Source: a virus (lineage: Duplodnaviria > Caudoviricetes). From it: a stretch of 24,249 nt of DNA. The notes under the pieces are model-generated. The model saw only the letters and a program-made list of their open reading frames with translations, made no database searches and had not been told where the DNA came from. Position 1 is the stretch's first letter. Each line of letters starts with the position of its first letter. The position numbers and the translations under genes are program-made. Location of the stretch: positions 1 to 24,249 of the IMG/VR virus record IMGVR_UViG_3300006484_001348, one strand, 5' to 3'. Below, in pieces: positions 1 to 8,777 of the stretch.

Positions 1-890
1 GTGTTACTGGTACTGCTACTCAAGGTACCCAAGGTATACAGGCAAGTCAAGGTACTCAAGGTACTCAGGGTATTGCTAGTAATCAAGGTATTCAAGGTGT
101 ATTTGGAGGTCAAGGTACTCAAGGTACTCAAGCAAGTCAAGGTACTTTTGGCACCCAAGGGTCTCAAGGTACTCAAGCAAGTCAAGGTACTTTTGGCACC
201 CAAGGGTCTCAAGGTACTCAAGCAAGTCAAGGTATTCAAGGAACACAAGGAGTACAGGCAAATCAAGGTACTCAAGGTCGCCAGGGTACTCAAGCAAGTC
301 AAGGTGTTGCAGGTACTGGTGGTCAAGGAATACAAGGAGTACAAGCAAGTCAAGGTACTCAAGGCCGCCAAGGTGTTTTAGGTAGTCAAGGTGTTACCGG
401 AACTGCTACTCAAGGTGTTACCGGAACTGCTACTCAAGGTACTCAAGGTCGCCAAGGTACTCAAGCAAGTCAAGGTGTTACCGGAACTGCTACTCAAGGT
501 ACAACCGGTAATCAAGGTGTTACCGGAACTGCTACTCAAGGTGTTACCGGAACTGCTACTCAGGGTGCAACTGGTCAAGGAATTCAAGGTATTCAAGGTG
601 TACAAGCAAGTCAAGGTGTATTAGGCGTTCAAGGCGACTTGGGTATTCAAGGTACTCAAGGTACTCAAGGTAATCAGGGTATACAAGCAAGTCAAGGTAC
701 TCAAGGTGTATTAGGTAATCAAGGTACTACAGGTGCAGGTACACAAGGTCTTACCGGAACTGCTACTCAAGGTCTTACCGGAACTGCTACTCAAGGTATT
801 CAAGGTGCAACCGGTCAAGGAATTCAAGGTATTCAAGGTGTACAAGCAAGCCAAGGTGTTACTGGCACAGGCACACAAGGTGCCATTGGT
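1..890 (+). repeat. Coding tandem and dispersed repeats of the fibre gene
   Basis: 24-bp unit CAAGGTGTTACCGGAACTGCTACT (QGVTGTAT) exact at 387, 411, 471, 513, 537, with CTT variants at 744 and 768; exact 45-bp tandem pair at 120-164 and 165-209; near-identical 60-bp blocks at 561-620 and 801-860. Confidence 0.95.
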
Positions 891-1295
891 CCTGCTGTAC
901 AACCACTAGCTACTACCAACAGTCCAACATTTGCTGGACTTACTATAAATGGTGCAATTACTGCTACTGGTGATGTTACTGCTTTCTATAGTGCCTCAGA
1001 TAAAAGACTTAAAGAAAATATTGTTAAGATAACAGGTGCATTGAAAAAAGTATCTCAAATTAATGGATATCATTATAATTATATTCATAAAAAAGATGTT
1101 AAGTTAGTCGGTGTTATAGCTCAAGAACTTGAAACTGTATTACCTGAGGCTATATTTAAACATACTCCTCTGGGACAAGAAAATAAAAACGATCCTAACA
1201 ACCCATTTAAGGCTGTTAGATATGATCTTATTATTCCACTATTAATCGAAGCTATTAAAGAGCTAGAAGAAAAAATTGAAAAATCTCAAATATAA
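3..1295 (+). CDS. Collagen-like (QG-rich) tail fibre/appendage protein with C-terminal peptidase S74 intramolecular chaperone; 5'-partial
   Basis: Frame starting at base 3 is open with no stop to TAA at 1293-1295 (the ORF track starts it at an internal TTG, 639). It reads VTGTATQGTQGIQASQG... then SASDKRLKENI...GVIAQELETVLPEAI...VRYDLIIPLLIEAIKEL, the S74 chaperone signature (SD-x-RLK, G-x-IAQE, coiled-coil end). Confidence 0.9.
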   Translation, partial: VTGTATQGTQGIQASQGTQGTQGIASNQGIQGVFGGQGTQGTQASQGTFGTQGSQGTQASQGTFGTQGSQGTQASQGIQGTQGVQANQGTQGRQGTQASQGVAGTGGQGIQGVQASQGTQGRQGVLGSQGVTGTATQGVTGTATQGTQGRQGTQASQGVTGTATQGTTGNQGVTGTATQGVTGTATQGATGQGIQGIQGVQASQGVLGVQGDLGIQGTQGTQGNQGIQASQGTQGVLGNQGTTGAGTQGLTGTATQGLTGTATQGIQGATGQGIQGIQGVQASQGVTGTGTQGAIGPAVQPLATTNSPTFAGLTINGAITATGDVTAFYSASDKRLKENIVKITGALKKVSQINGYHYNYIHKKDVKLVGVIAQELETVLPEAIFKHTPLGQENKNDPNNPFKAVRYDLIIPLLIEAIKELEEKIEKSQI

Positions 1296-1330
1296 AACAT
1301 CAATATATATTCTTCTAGTACATGCCCTTA

Positions 1331-1363
1331 TATAAATATCGTTAACAATGTACATAATAGGAG
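1331..1363 (+). promoter_or_regulatory. T4-type late promoter TATAAATA plus AGGAG Shine-Dalgarno
   Basis: TATAAATA at 1331-1338 (exact T4 late consensus); AGGAG at 1359-1363, 6 nt before GTG at 1370. Confidence 0.7.
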
Positions 1364-1369
1364 AACATC

Positions 1370-1552
1370 GTGAACGAACAACAACAATCGGTTACATTAA
1401 AATTAGATATTAATCAACTTAATACAATATTAACAGGAGTGGCCAAATTACCAATTGAAATGGGTCTTGAAACTTTCACAGAAATACAAAAACAAGCAAA
1501 ATTGCAACTAGGCGATCCAAATATTAATTCTCTACCAGCAAGTGCTCAATGA
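1370..1552 (+). CDS. Small hypothetical protein (possible fibre accessory/chaperone)
   Basis: 60-aa ORF with its own late promoter and strong SD; amphipathic-helix-like sequence (LDINQLNTILTGVAKLP); directly follows the fibre gene. Confidence 0.7.
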   Translation: MNEQQQSVTLKLDINQLNTILTGVAKLPIEMGLETFTEIQKQAKLQLGDPNINSLPASAQ

Positions 1553-1647
1553 AAAATAAACCATTAATATAAAATATCACTAGGATTTTGCAAGATTATC
1601 AATTATAATTAACTGAGTATTTTATTCAACTAAATAAAAGCTCAATT

Positions 1648-2628
1648 ATGACAAATCTTGCAAAATTCGCTCTAGATAAAGGCGGTAGTATACATCCTCT
1701 TATCATCCCGTCGGAGCAAACAAATGGCACGGGGTTAATGAATCCATCTATTTTAATAGACCACGGTAAAATTATTGTTAATATTCGCCACGTTAACTAT
1801 ACATTTTTTCATTCTGAAAAGAAATTATTTCAACATCCATGGGGTCCGCTAACGTATTTGCATCCTGAAAATGACATTCATTTAAGGACTGACAATTATT
1901 ATTGCGAGCTCAATGATGATTTTGAAATTAGTAGAATCAATAAAATTGACACATCTAAATTTGATACATATGAACCCATGTGGGATTTTGTGGGATTAGA
2001 AGATGCAAGATTAATAAGATGGAACGGAAAATTATATATAACTGGTGTACGTAGAGATACTACTACCAATGGACAAGGTAGAATGGAACTTTCTGAAATA
2101 GTAGTTTCAGAAAATGCTGTTACAGAAATATCTAGATTTAGAATTCCTCCTCCTAAAGACCTAGAGTCGTATTGTGAAAAGAATTGGATGCCTGTATTAG
2201 ATGTTCCATATCATTATGTTAAGTGGACTAACCCTACCGAACTAGTAAGTGTTAACCCAGAGTCCCAAACTTCTAAAACAGAATATTTAAGTGGATCAAT
2301 ATGGCTACCTAGGGATATACGCGGTGGGTCTCAAGTGATGAAATTTAATGACGGGTATATTGCATTAACACACGAAGTGGATTTATTCAAAAGTGAAGTT
2401 GGTAGAAAAGATGCGGTATATAGACATCGATTTATTATTTGGGATAAAAATTGGAATGTAATTAAATATACCAATGATTTTTCTATCATGGATGCTCATG
2501 TTGAGTTTGCCATAGGCATGTGCAAATATAATGATGATATATTAATTACATTTGGATTCCAAGATAATGCTGCCTACCTGCTAAAACTTCCAGTAAAAGA
2601 ACTTGAAAATTTTATAAATTCTCATTAA
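1648..2628 (+). CDS. Five-bladed beta-propeller glycoside hydrolase/phosphorylase-like protein (GH130/GH43-like clan)
   Basis: Motifs MNPSI, GLEDARL, EKNWMP, IRGGS, VEFAIG and ITFGFQD occur in the order expected for GH130-like propellers; TAAATA at 1631-1636 upstream. Confidence 0.65.
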   Translation: MTNLAKFALDKGGSIHPLIIPSEQTNGTGLMNPSILIDHGKIIVNIRHVNYTFFHSEKKLFQHPWGPLTYLHPENDIHLRTDNYYCELNDDFEISRINKIDTSKFDTYEPMWDFVGLEDARLIRWNGKLYITGVRRDTTTNGQGRMELSEIVVSENAVTEISRFRIPPPKDLESYCEKNWMPVLDVPYHYVKWTNPTELVSVNPESQTSKTEYLSGSIWLPRDIRGGSQVMKFNDGYIALTHEVDLFKSEVGRKDAVYRHRFIIWDKNWNVIKYTNDFSIMDAHVEFAIGMCKYNDDILITFGFQDNAAYLLKLPVKELENFINSH

Positions 2629-2635
2629 AAATAGT

Positions 2636-4597
2636 ATGAAAACAAATAGTACACTTATCACCTTATTAGAAAAATTTATATATGACCCAGCAGATGCTGA
2701 AACTAATTTTGCATTAGCAATATACTATAATAGAATAGGACAAACAGCATCGGCAGTTTCTTATTATATACGAACTGCCGAACGAACAGACAATGATTTG
2801 TTGAAATACGAATGTTTGGTAAAAGCCGCAATATGTTTTGAAAAACAAGGAACACGGGCATTTTCTGTAAAGGGCCTACTACAACATGCTATTGCATTAT
2901 TGCCAACTCGTCCAGAGGCATATTTCTTTTTAAGTAGATTACATGAAATTGAACAAAAAGAAGGCGATTGGTTTTTATGTTATACGTTAGCATCTATAGG
3001 ATTAGGCGTCTGTGACCATAATTCTCCACCATTGATTACAGATGTAGGATATCCTGGAAAATATGGATTATTATTTGAAAAAGCAGTTAGCAGCTGGTGG
3101 TGTGGATTGTGCGAAGAATCTAGAACATTGTTTAAAGATTTACTAGTTAATCATAATATTGATTCTGTGCATAGGGCAGCAGTTATAACAAACTTAAAAT
3201 ATTTTGATGAAATTGGAAATAAAGAAAATAAATTAACGTTGTTTGATAAAGAAAAATATAGCCAACTGAAATTAAAATTTCCGGGATCAGAAAAAATTGA
3301 AAAAAACTTTTCCGAATCATACCAAGATATGTTTGTGTTAACTATGTTAAATGGAAAACGCAAAGGAACTTATTTAGAGATAGGTGCTGCTGATCCATTT
3401 TATGGAAATAATACAGTGTTACTGGAACAAAATTTTGAGTGGACAGGAGTATCTCTAGATATAGATCAGCAGTTCATTGATGCATTTTCAAAAGAAAGAA
3501 AAAATCCATGTCTGTTGAAAGATGCAACGTCGGTAAATTATGAAAAATTTTTACCTGGATTAGATTTTCCTAACAATATAGATTATTTGCAATTAGATTG
3601 TGACCCACCTAATATCACATATAAAATACTATTATCCATGCCTTTTGAAAAATATCAATTTGCAGTTATTACTTATGAGCACGATTACTACTGTGATGAA
3701 TCTAAAAGTTTTAGAGAAAAATCAAGAAAATATTTAGAATCTTTTGGATATGTTATGGTAGCAGGCGATATTGCACCCGACGAATGGCGTAATTATGAAG
3801 ACTGGTGGATACATCCAGATTTAATAGATCCATCAATATTGGAAAAGATGAAACTTACTAATTCAAAAATTAAAAAAGCAGAAGATTATATGTTTGGTAA
3901 AATCACAGATGATGCTTTCGACTGGGGAGAAATTCAAGAAAATCAATGGTTCCTTGAAGTAGTTAAAGACGAAATATTTGTACAAGATGTGTATCAAAAG
4001 TTTTTTAAAGTTGAAGAAGGCGATGTGGTATTGGATGTAGGTGCTAGTGTTGGCCCATTTACATATAGTATCATTGATAAAAAACCATCAAAAGTAATTT
4101 GCCTAGAACCTAGCAAGAATTTATATGAAACATTAACTAATAATTTGAAAAAGTATGATAATGTTATCTGTGTTAACAAGGCAGTAGCCCATGTTAATAC
4201 CGCATTTAAATCTTGGGGAATATTTGACAAAGATGTACAACAAATATGGGGTAAAGAATCAGATGCTGACGGAATTACATTCAAAACGTTGATAAACACC
4301 TACAGCATTGATCAAATTGATTTCTTAAAAACTGATTGTGAAGGCGGTGAATATGATATGTTCACTGATGAAAACAAAGAATGGGTTTTTAGTAATGTAA
4401 AGAAAATTGCTGGAGAATTCCATCTTAGTAATGAAGAGTTAAAAACTAAATTTAGAAAATTTAGAGATACATACTTAAAAGATTTTAAGAAAATTGAAGT
4501 ATTTTCAATGGATAATGTAAATATAAAGTGGGATCTATGGAATGATCATTTTATTGATTATTACGGTGCAATCACCATATATATAGACAACAGATAA
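2636..4597 (+). CDS. TPR-repeat protein fused to two FkbM-family SAM methyltransferase domains
   Basis: N-terminal helical TPR-like part (AETNFALAIYY, AIALLPTRPEAYFFLSR); MTase 1: YLEIGAADP...IDYLQLDCD; MTase 2: VVLDVGASVGPFT...CLEP...IDFLKTDCEGGEY. Confidence 0.8.
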   Translation: MKTNSTLITLLEKFIYDPADAETNFALAIYYNRIGQTASAVSYYIRTAERTDNDLLKYECLVKAAICFEKQGTRAFSVKGLLQHAIALLPTRPEAYFFLSRLHEIEQKEGDWFLCYTLASIGLGVCDHNSPPLITDVGYPGKYGLLFEKAVSSWWCGLCEESRTLFKDLLVNHNIDSVHRAAVITNLKYFDEIGNKENKLTLFDKEKYSQLKLKFPGSEKIEKNFSESYQDMFVLTMLNGKRKGTYLEIGAADPFYGNNTVLLEQNFEWTGVSLDIDQQFIDAFSKERKNPCLLKDATSVNYEKFLPGLDFPNNIDYLQLDCDPPNITYKILLSMPFEKYQFAVITYEHDYYCDESKSFREKSRKYLESFGYVMVAGDIAPDEWRNYEDWWIHPDLIDPSILEKMKLTNSKIKKAEDYMFGKITDDAFDWGEIQENQWFLEVVKDEIFVQDVYQKFFKVEEGDVVLDVGASVGPFTYSIIDKKPSKVICLEPSKNLYETLTNNLKKYDNVICVNKAVAHVNTAFKSWGIFDKDVQQIWGKESDADGITFKTLINTYSIDQIDFLKTDCEGGEYDMFTDENKEWVFSNVKKIAGEFHLSNEELKTKFRKFRDTYLKDFKKIEVFSMDNVNIKWDLWNDHFIDYYGAITIYIDNR

Positions 4598-4598
4598 T

Positions 4599-5519
4599 AT
4601 GAAACCGGAACATAAAATAAAAGTATTTCCAGGAGTTTATACTGAAAAGTGGAGACTTTCTCGCGCTCCTACATTGGAAATTACTACAATAATTCCAAAA
4701 AAAGGATGTGTAGTTGATTGTGTGTTCTGTCCACAACGTATTTTAGAATCTAAATATAAAGGTGAGGCAATTCTATCTATAGAAGGGTTTAGAACTCTAA
4801 TAGATAAAGTACCTAAAGAAATAAGAATTACATTTGCAGGATTTACTGAACCCTGGATGAACAAATATTGTACAGACATGGTATTATATGCACACGATCA
4901 AGGTCATCCTGTCTCTATATTCACCACTGGTATAGGAATGTCCATAGAGGATATGGAACGTATTAAACATATTCCGTTTGCGGGAAATCCCAACGGTGGG
5001 TTCATTCTACATTTGCCTGATCAGGGGCGTTTAGCAAAACATCCAATAACTAAAAGCTATATTAAATTTTTAGAATATATAAAAACAATTCAACATGAAA
5101 TAAATAATTTTCATACCATGTCTATGGGAACCGAAATGCATGAAGATATTAGGCATATATATTCATCTGCACCAGTACACGAAATGTGGCATCGTGCAGG
5201 AAACTTGTTAGGTGAAGCATTATTAAAACCCGAGTTAGAAAATTTAAAAAATGAATATAAAACAGTATTTCACGGAAATCATGACATGACATGTAATTGT
5301 GAAGAAAGAGTATATCATAATGTTTTGTTACCAAATGGAGATGTTTCTCTTTGTTGTATGGACTATAGTTTGGAAAATATTATAGGTAACTTGTATGATC
5401 AGAGTTACGAAGAAGTAATTCCAGAACCTTACTCTACTTTTAAAATTTGTAGATCATGTGAAAATGGAATAAAGTTAGATTCCGAAGTAATTAAATTTGA
5501 AAAAGGTTTTATAAGATGA
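4599..5519 (+). CDS. Radical SAM protein with C-terminal SPASM/twitch-like Cys cluster
   Basis: CxxxCxxC = CVVDCVFC; FAGFTEP and IFTTG core motifs; C-terminal CNC...NGDVSLCCMD...IGNL...CRSC. Confidence 0.85.
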   Translation: MKPEHKIKVFPGVYTEKWRLSRAPTLEITTIIPKKGCVVDCVFCPQRILESKYKGEAILSIEGFRTLIDKVPKEIRITFAGFTEPWMNKYCTDMVLYAHDQGHPVSIFTTGIGMSIEDMERIKHIPFAGNPNGGFILHLPDQGRLAKHPITKSYIKFLEYIKTIQHEINNFHTMSMGTEMHEDIRHIYSSAPVHEMWHRAGNLLGEALLKPELENLKNEYKTVFHGNHDMTCNCEERVYHNVLLPNGDVSLCCMDYSLENIIGNLYDQSYEEVIPEPYSTFKICRSCENGIKLDSEVIKFEKGFIR

Positions 5520-6304
5520 GCACACAAAAATCAATTCCAGTTGTTGGAACAGCAGTGGTTAATAGTAATTTCTGGGTGACTAGATTATTAATGAGTATTG
5601 ATTATCCTGTTGACAACTTTGTTATTATTAATAATAATGGTCGTGGTGAGTTGGACGACGATTTAGATAATTTAAAAAAAATAAATCATAAATTTGTTAA
5701 GAATATAAAAATAGTACATCTGCCTGCAAATATAGGAGTTTCGGGTGCATGGAATCTTATAATCAAATGCTATATGAATAGCCCATATTGGATTATAGCC
5801 AACGACGATGTATCATTTGGTCCCGGTGTATTAGAAGAAATGTCAACCAAGATAGAAAATGATTCCAACTTAGGTTTGATACACGGTAACCCAGGAGCAT
5901 TTGGCGTTGGTAGTTGGGATTTATTTTTAATAAGAGATATTATTATTCAAACATTTGGGTTATTTGACGAAAACTTATATCCAGCATATTGTGAAGATGC
6001 AGACTATATTATGAGATTTATTCATAGACCAATTAAAAAAATATTGTCTTTAGAAAAACCATACTATCACGGATTAGAAATAAGCGACGGCGAATATCAT
6101 TATCAAACACAAAAAAATGATCCTAGCTTAAAAGAAAAATTAGATGATGTTAATGCCATGAATATAGAGTATTTGACAACAAAATGGGGGACAGGATGGA
6201 GATTATGTTCTCCAACAGTCGAACCATTTGAAAATCAAGAAGGAAATTCTTATCAATCTAATTACGATTTAGAATTTGTTAGAAAGAAACATTTAGGATT
6301 TTAA
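5516..6304 (+). CDS. Glycosyltransferase family 2-like protein
   Basis: GT-A-type motifs VIINN, NIGVSGAWN, IIANDDV (DxD equivalent) and GLFDENLYPAYCEDADY; ATGA overlap with the upstream gene. Confidence 0.8.
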   Translation: MSTQKSIPVVGTAVVNSNFWVTRLLMSIDYPVDNFVIINNNGRGELDDDLDNLKKINHKFVKNIKIVHLPANIGVSGAWNLIIKCYMNSPYWIIANDDVSFGPGVLEEMSTKIENDSNLGLIHGNPGAFGVGSWDLFLIRDIIIQTFGLFDENLYPAYCEDADYIMRFIHRPIKKILSLEKPYYHGLEISDGEYHYQTQKNDPSLKEKLDDVNAMNIEYLTTKWGTGWRLCSPTVEPFENQEGNSYQSNYDLEFVRKKHLGF

Positions 6305-6305
6305 A

Positions 6306-6929
6306 ATGAGTACTGAATTACTGAAAAATTCATATGTAATACATACACCAGTATATGTACATGACATTGAAGATAAGGTAATTAATGACGTAATCTTTGG
6401 ACCAAATTTTCCATGGTATTGGCAAGACTATCAAACAACTAGCGATGATGAAACAGTAAGGAATTCATTACCAATACAACTACGTGATCGTATAATGTTT
6501 CATAATGGTCCATATCTGAGTCATACATTATTAAAACGTGCTCAATCAGATATAGAAACACATAATGATCGCCCAGACGATCATTATAGTATATATTGGA
6601 GAATGTTTTTAGAAATATTTCACAGATTTACTATTAAAAATAATATAAAATATACAAATATATTTCGAGCCAATTTAAATTTAACCTGGCACAGCAGCAA
6701 CGCACATACGGCGCCGCATTTAGATCACGAATGGCCACATAATAATTTTATTATGTATTTAACCAATTGCACAGATGGCAAAACCATAATATGGACAGAT
6801 GATTTTTCAACTAATTCCCTTGTGCCTTGTATAAAATATACTGCATCAACGTTTAAACAGCATTGGCATGCACAACAGTCTCCATTGCCTGGAACAAAGA
6901 GAATAGTATTTGTTGTAACTTATATATAG
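6306..6929 (+). CDS. 2OG-Fe(II) oxygenase superfamily protein
   Basis: HxD (PHLDH), distal His (HWHA) and terminal Arg strand (KRIVFVVTY); FPWY N-terminal motif typical of phage 2OG-Fe(II) enzymes. Confidence 0.75.
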   Translation: MSTELLKNSYVIHTPVYVHDIEDKVINDVIFGPNFPWYWQDYQTTSDDETVRNSLPIQLRDRIMFHNGPYLSHTLLKRAQSDIETHNDRPDDHYSIYWRMFLEIFHRFTIKNNIKYTNIFRANLNLTWHSSNAHTAPHLDHEWPHNNFIMYLTNCTDGKTIIWTDDFSTNSLVPCIKYTASTFKQHWHAQQSPLPGTKRIVFVVTYI

Positions 6930-7370
6930 TTAAAATAAATCCAATAATAATTCTAATTTAGCTCTAATAATTTTACTGCTAAATGAAGTCTTTACTGCTC
7001 TATGTAATGGTTTGGGCCAGTGGTCGTAACCAACCCAGGCATATCCATCATGTTCATCATTCAGTACAGGTATAAATTCTCTATCAACAATCAATAGATA
7101 GGTGTTATACTGAAATTGTAGATCATTACTGATAAACAATTCTAAAGGAATTATTTTTTTTATAGTAGGCATTTTGCCTATTTCTTCATGTATTTCTCGT
7201 ATAAGAGCATCATACGGAGTACTGTCCGACGGTTCTTTTTTACCGCCAACTAGTCCCCATGTGCCTGCGGTTTTAGACTGTGTTCTTGATAAAAATAAAA
7301 AGCGTTTGGTGTCTTTGGCAAGAAATAACCCACCGCTACATATTACTTGATTTAAAGAATCATTCTCCAT
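6930..7370 (-). CDS. NUDIX hydrolase
   Basis: WGLVGGKKEPSDSTPYDALIREIHEEIG Nudix box (slightly variant); LNDEHDGYAW C-terminal motif. Confidence 0.9.
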   Translation of the reverse strand: MENDSLNQVICSGGLFLAKDTKRFLFLSRTQSKTAGTWGLVGGKKEPSDSTPYDALIREIHEEIGKMPTIKKIIPLELFISNDLQFQYNTYLLIVDREFIPVLNDEHDGYAWVGYDHWPKPLHRAVKTSFSSKIIRAKLELLLDLF

Positions 7371-8749
7371 AATGCTAAATTATAAACGCCTTCGTAGCTC
7401 TTACTCCATGCTTTGTTTTCCCACTTATACTGTGTGCTTGTATATGAGTTAGTTATATATATTACACTTGTAACAGTAGCAGAACTGAATACAATATTCC
7501 ATCTAGAACCGTTCCACGCTATGATGTCGTTAGCAAATGCCTGAAAATCTGTACCATCGGCATTTTGCCATGCGACCGGTCCCTGAAACCCTGTGAGTCC
7601 AAATAATGGATCGTTGTTGATATCTTCTAATATTAAATATCTTGTATTTGTTGCAACTGTTTGGGGATTAAAAGTTTCAGGATTAACTACAGCATCAACT
7701 GTTCCTCTACCTGCAATAATTGTATTACTTGGTACGGTGTCTGTGTTTATGTTCAATCTCATAGCAAAGTCGTCACTGGGATCTAAGCTCATATAAGCAA
7801 TTACTTCATTGCCTCCTGATTGAGCAAATCTTAATTCACTTAACCCTGCTCTAAATTTTCCAGGGTATAGATCTAATATTTTATGCCACGATGCTGTATT
7901 TTTTGGTGCAGTAATATCAATGTTTTCACCAACTCCGTTGCTATGTATTAGCCTTGCAGTATTATTTAAAACTAATAAATCATAATTTCCAGGAGTTATT
8001 GTAATTGTTGCATCTGGAGAAATATTTGAAAATACATCAGCAGCATCTTCTACATTATATAGACTAGAAATTGTTCCTTGTGCATTACCTGCAAATATAT
8101 TAGATATAATTTTAGTAATGACTCCTAGTTTTTTTACTTTAGCAGGAGGAGTAATCCATACAGGCGTATCAAACGTCATAGTCATGATATCTATATCTTC
8201 TGTAACTCCTTGGGGAATTTGACGACTAGTCCAGCTTACATCATCTAATCTAACAGTACTTAAACTGGTCCAATCGAGATAATTATCTGTAGTTTGTATT
8301 TCAAAACTTGGAGTAAAGAAAATTGCTATTTGTTCAAATATTTGTAATTTTTGATCGTTACTGGTAGTCCATATATCTGCATTTAACGTTAATTTATACG
8401 GACTTGGCATAATACGTTCAATGGTATAGTTATTACCTTTGGTATTCAGGTATTGTTGATTTTCAACGTCCCTTTCTATTATATTAATTTTACTAATAAA
8501 AGTTGGATCTTGTAGACGTTCTCTATCAAATTCTAATTCTTTAATATAGCAAGAAATAAATGGAGCACTGGGAATTGTGTTCTCACTATTTTTTCTTAGT
8601 ATTTGTCCAACTTGTCTAGTCATGTCTCCATAACGGACAGGCACCTGTACTAAATTACCCTTAGAATCTTTGTAGGCAAAATTACTAAGTATTTGAATAA
8701 ATTGTGACAAATATCTACGTATTTGCCCATCATAAAACCAGTCGATAAT
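7352..8749 (-). CDS. Tail terminator / sheath stabiliser (T4 gp15-like) with C-terminal extension; start codon uncertain
   Basis: QVPVRYGD, MPSPYKLTLNADIWT and QKLQIFEQIAIFFTPS match gp15-family motifs. The frame is open upstream of the track's TTG (8710) through I-I-D-W-F-Y-D-G-Q-I-R-R-Y to the TAA at 8764-8762, with no in-frame ATG or GTG. The start given here is the ATT at 8749 (inference). Confidence 0.8.
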   Translation of the reverse strand: MIDWFYDGQIRRYLSQFIQILSNFAYKDSKGNLVQVPVRYGDMTRQVGQILRKNSENTIPSAPFISCYIKELEFDRERLQDPTFISKINIIERDVENQQYLNTKGNNYTIERIMPSPYKLTLNADIWTTSNDQKLQIFEQIAIFFTPSFEIQTTDNYLDWTSLSTVRLDDVSWTSRQIPQGVTEDIDIMTMTFDTPVWITPPAKVKKLGVITKIISNIFAGNAQGTISSLYNVEDAADVFSNISPDATITITPGNYDLLVLNNTARLIHSNGVGENIDITAPKNTASWHKILDLYPGKFRAGLSELRFAQSGGNEVIAYMSLDPSDDFAMRLNINTDTVPSNTIIAGRGTVDAVVNPETFNPQTVATNTRYLILEDINNDPLFGLTGFQGPVAWQNADGTDFQAFANDIIAWNGSRWNIVFSSATVTSVIYITNSYTSTQYKWENKAWSKSYEGVYNLALWRMIL

Positions 8750-8777
8750 AGCACATCGGTATTAAACCGAAGCCTCC
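8744..8777 (-). promoter_or_regulatory. Putative hairpin-bridged ribosome binding site for the gp15-like gene
   Basis: Minus strand reads GGAGG(8777-8773)-CT-[TCGGT TTAAT ACCGA](8770-8756)-TGTGCT-ATT-ATC-GAC-TGG; the 5-bp stem carries the endonuclease stop codon in its loop. Confidence 0.5.

Noticed and set aside
387-791. 24-bp repeats as a CRISPR array
   Set aside because: Copies are often directly adjacent, all in one coding frame, with no unique constant-length spacers and no cas genes.
1-902. ORFs 1..381, 391..624, 76..348, 378..614 and 711..902 (VLKVLK-type and antisense)
   Set aside because: Shadow frames of the CAAGGT repeat; the frame starting at base 3 is continuous into the S74 domain, so no frameshift is needed.
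1588-1609. Sigma70 promoter TTGCAA...TATAAT before the modification operon
   Set aside because: Spacer is only 10 bp, and the region is AT-rich enough to give such hexamers by chance.
8740-8770. T4 gene 60-style ribosomal bypass
   Set aside because: The stop lies in a hairpin loop, but there is no matching in-frame GTT landing codon; the nearest downstream GTT leads to TTA-TGA.
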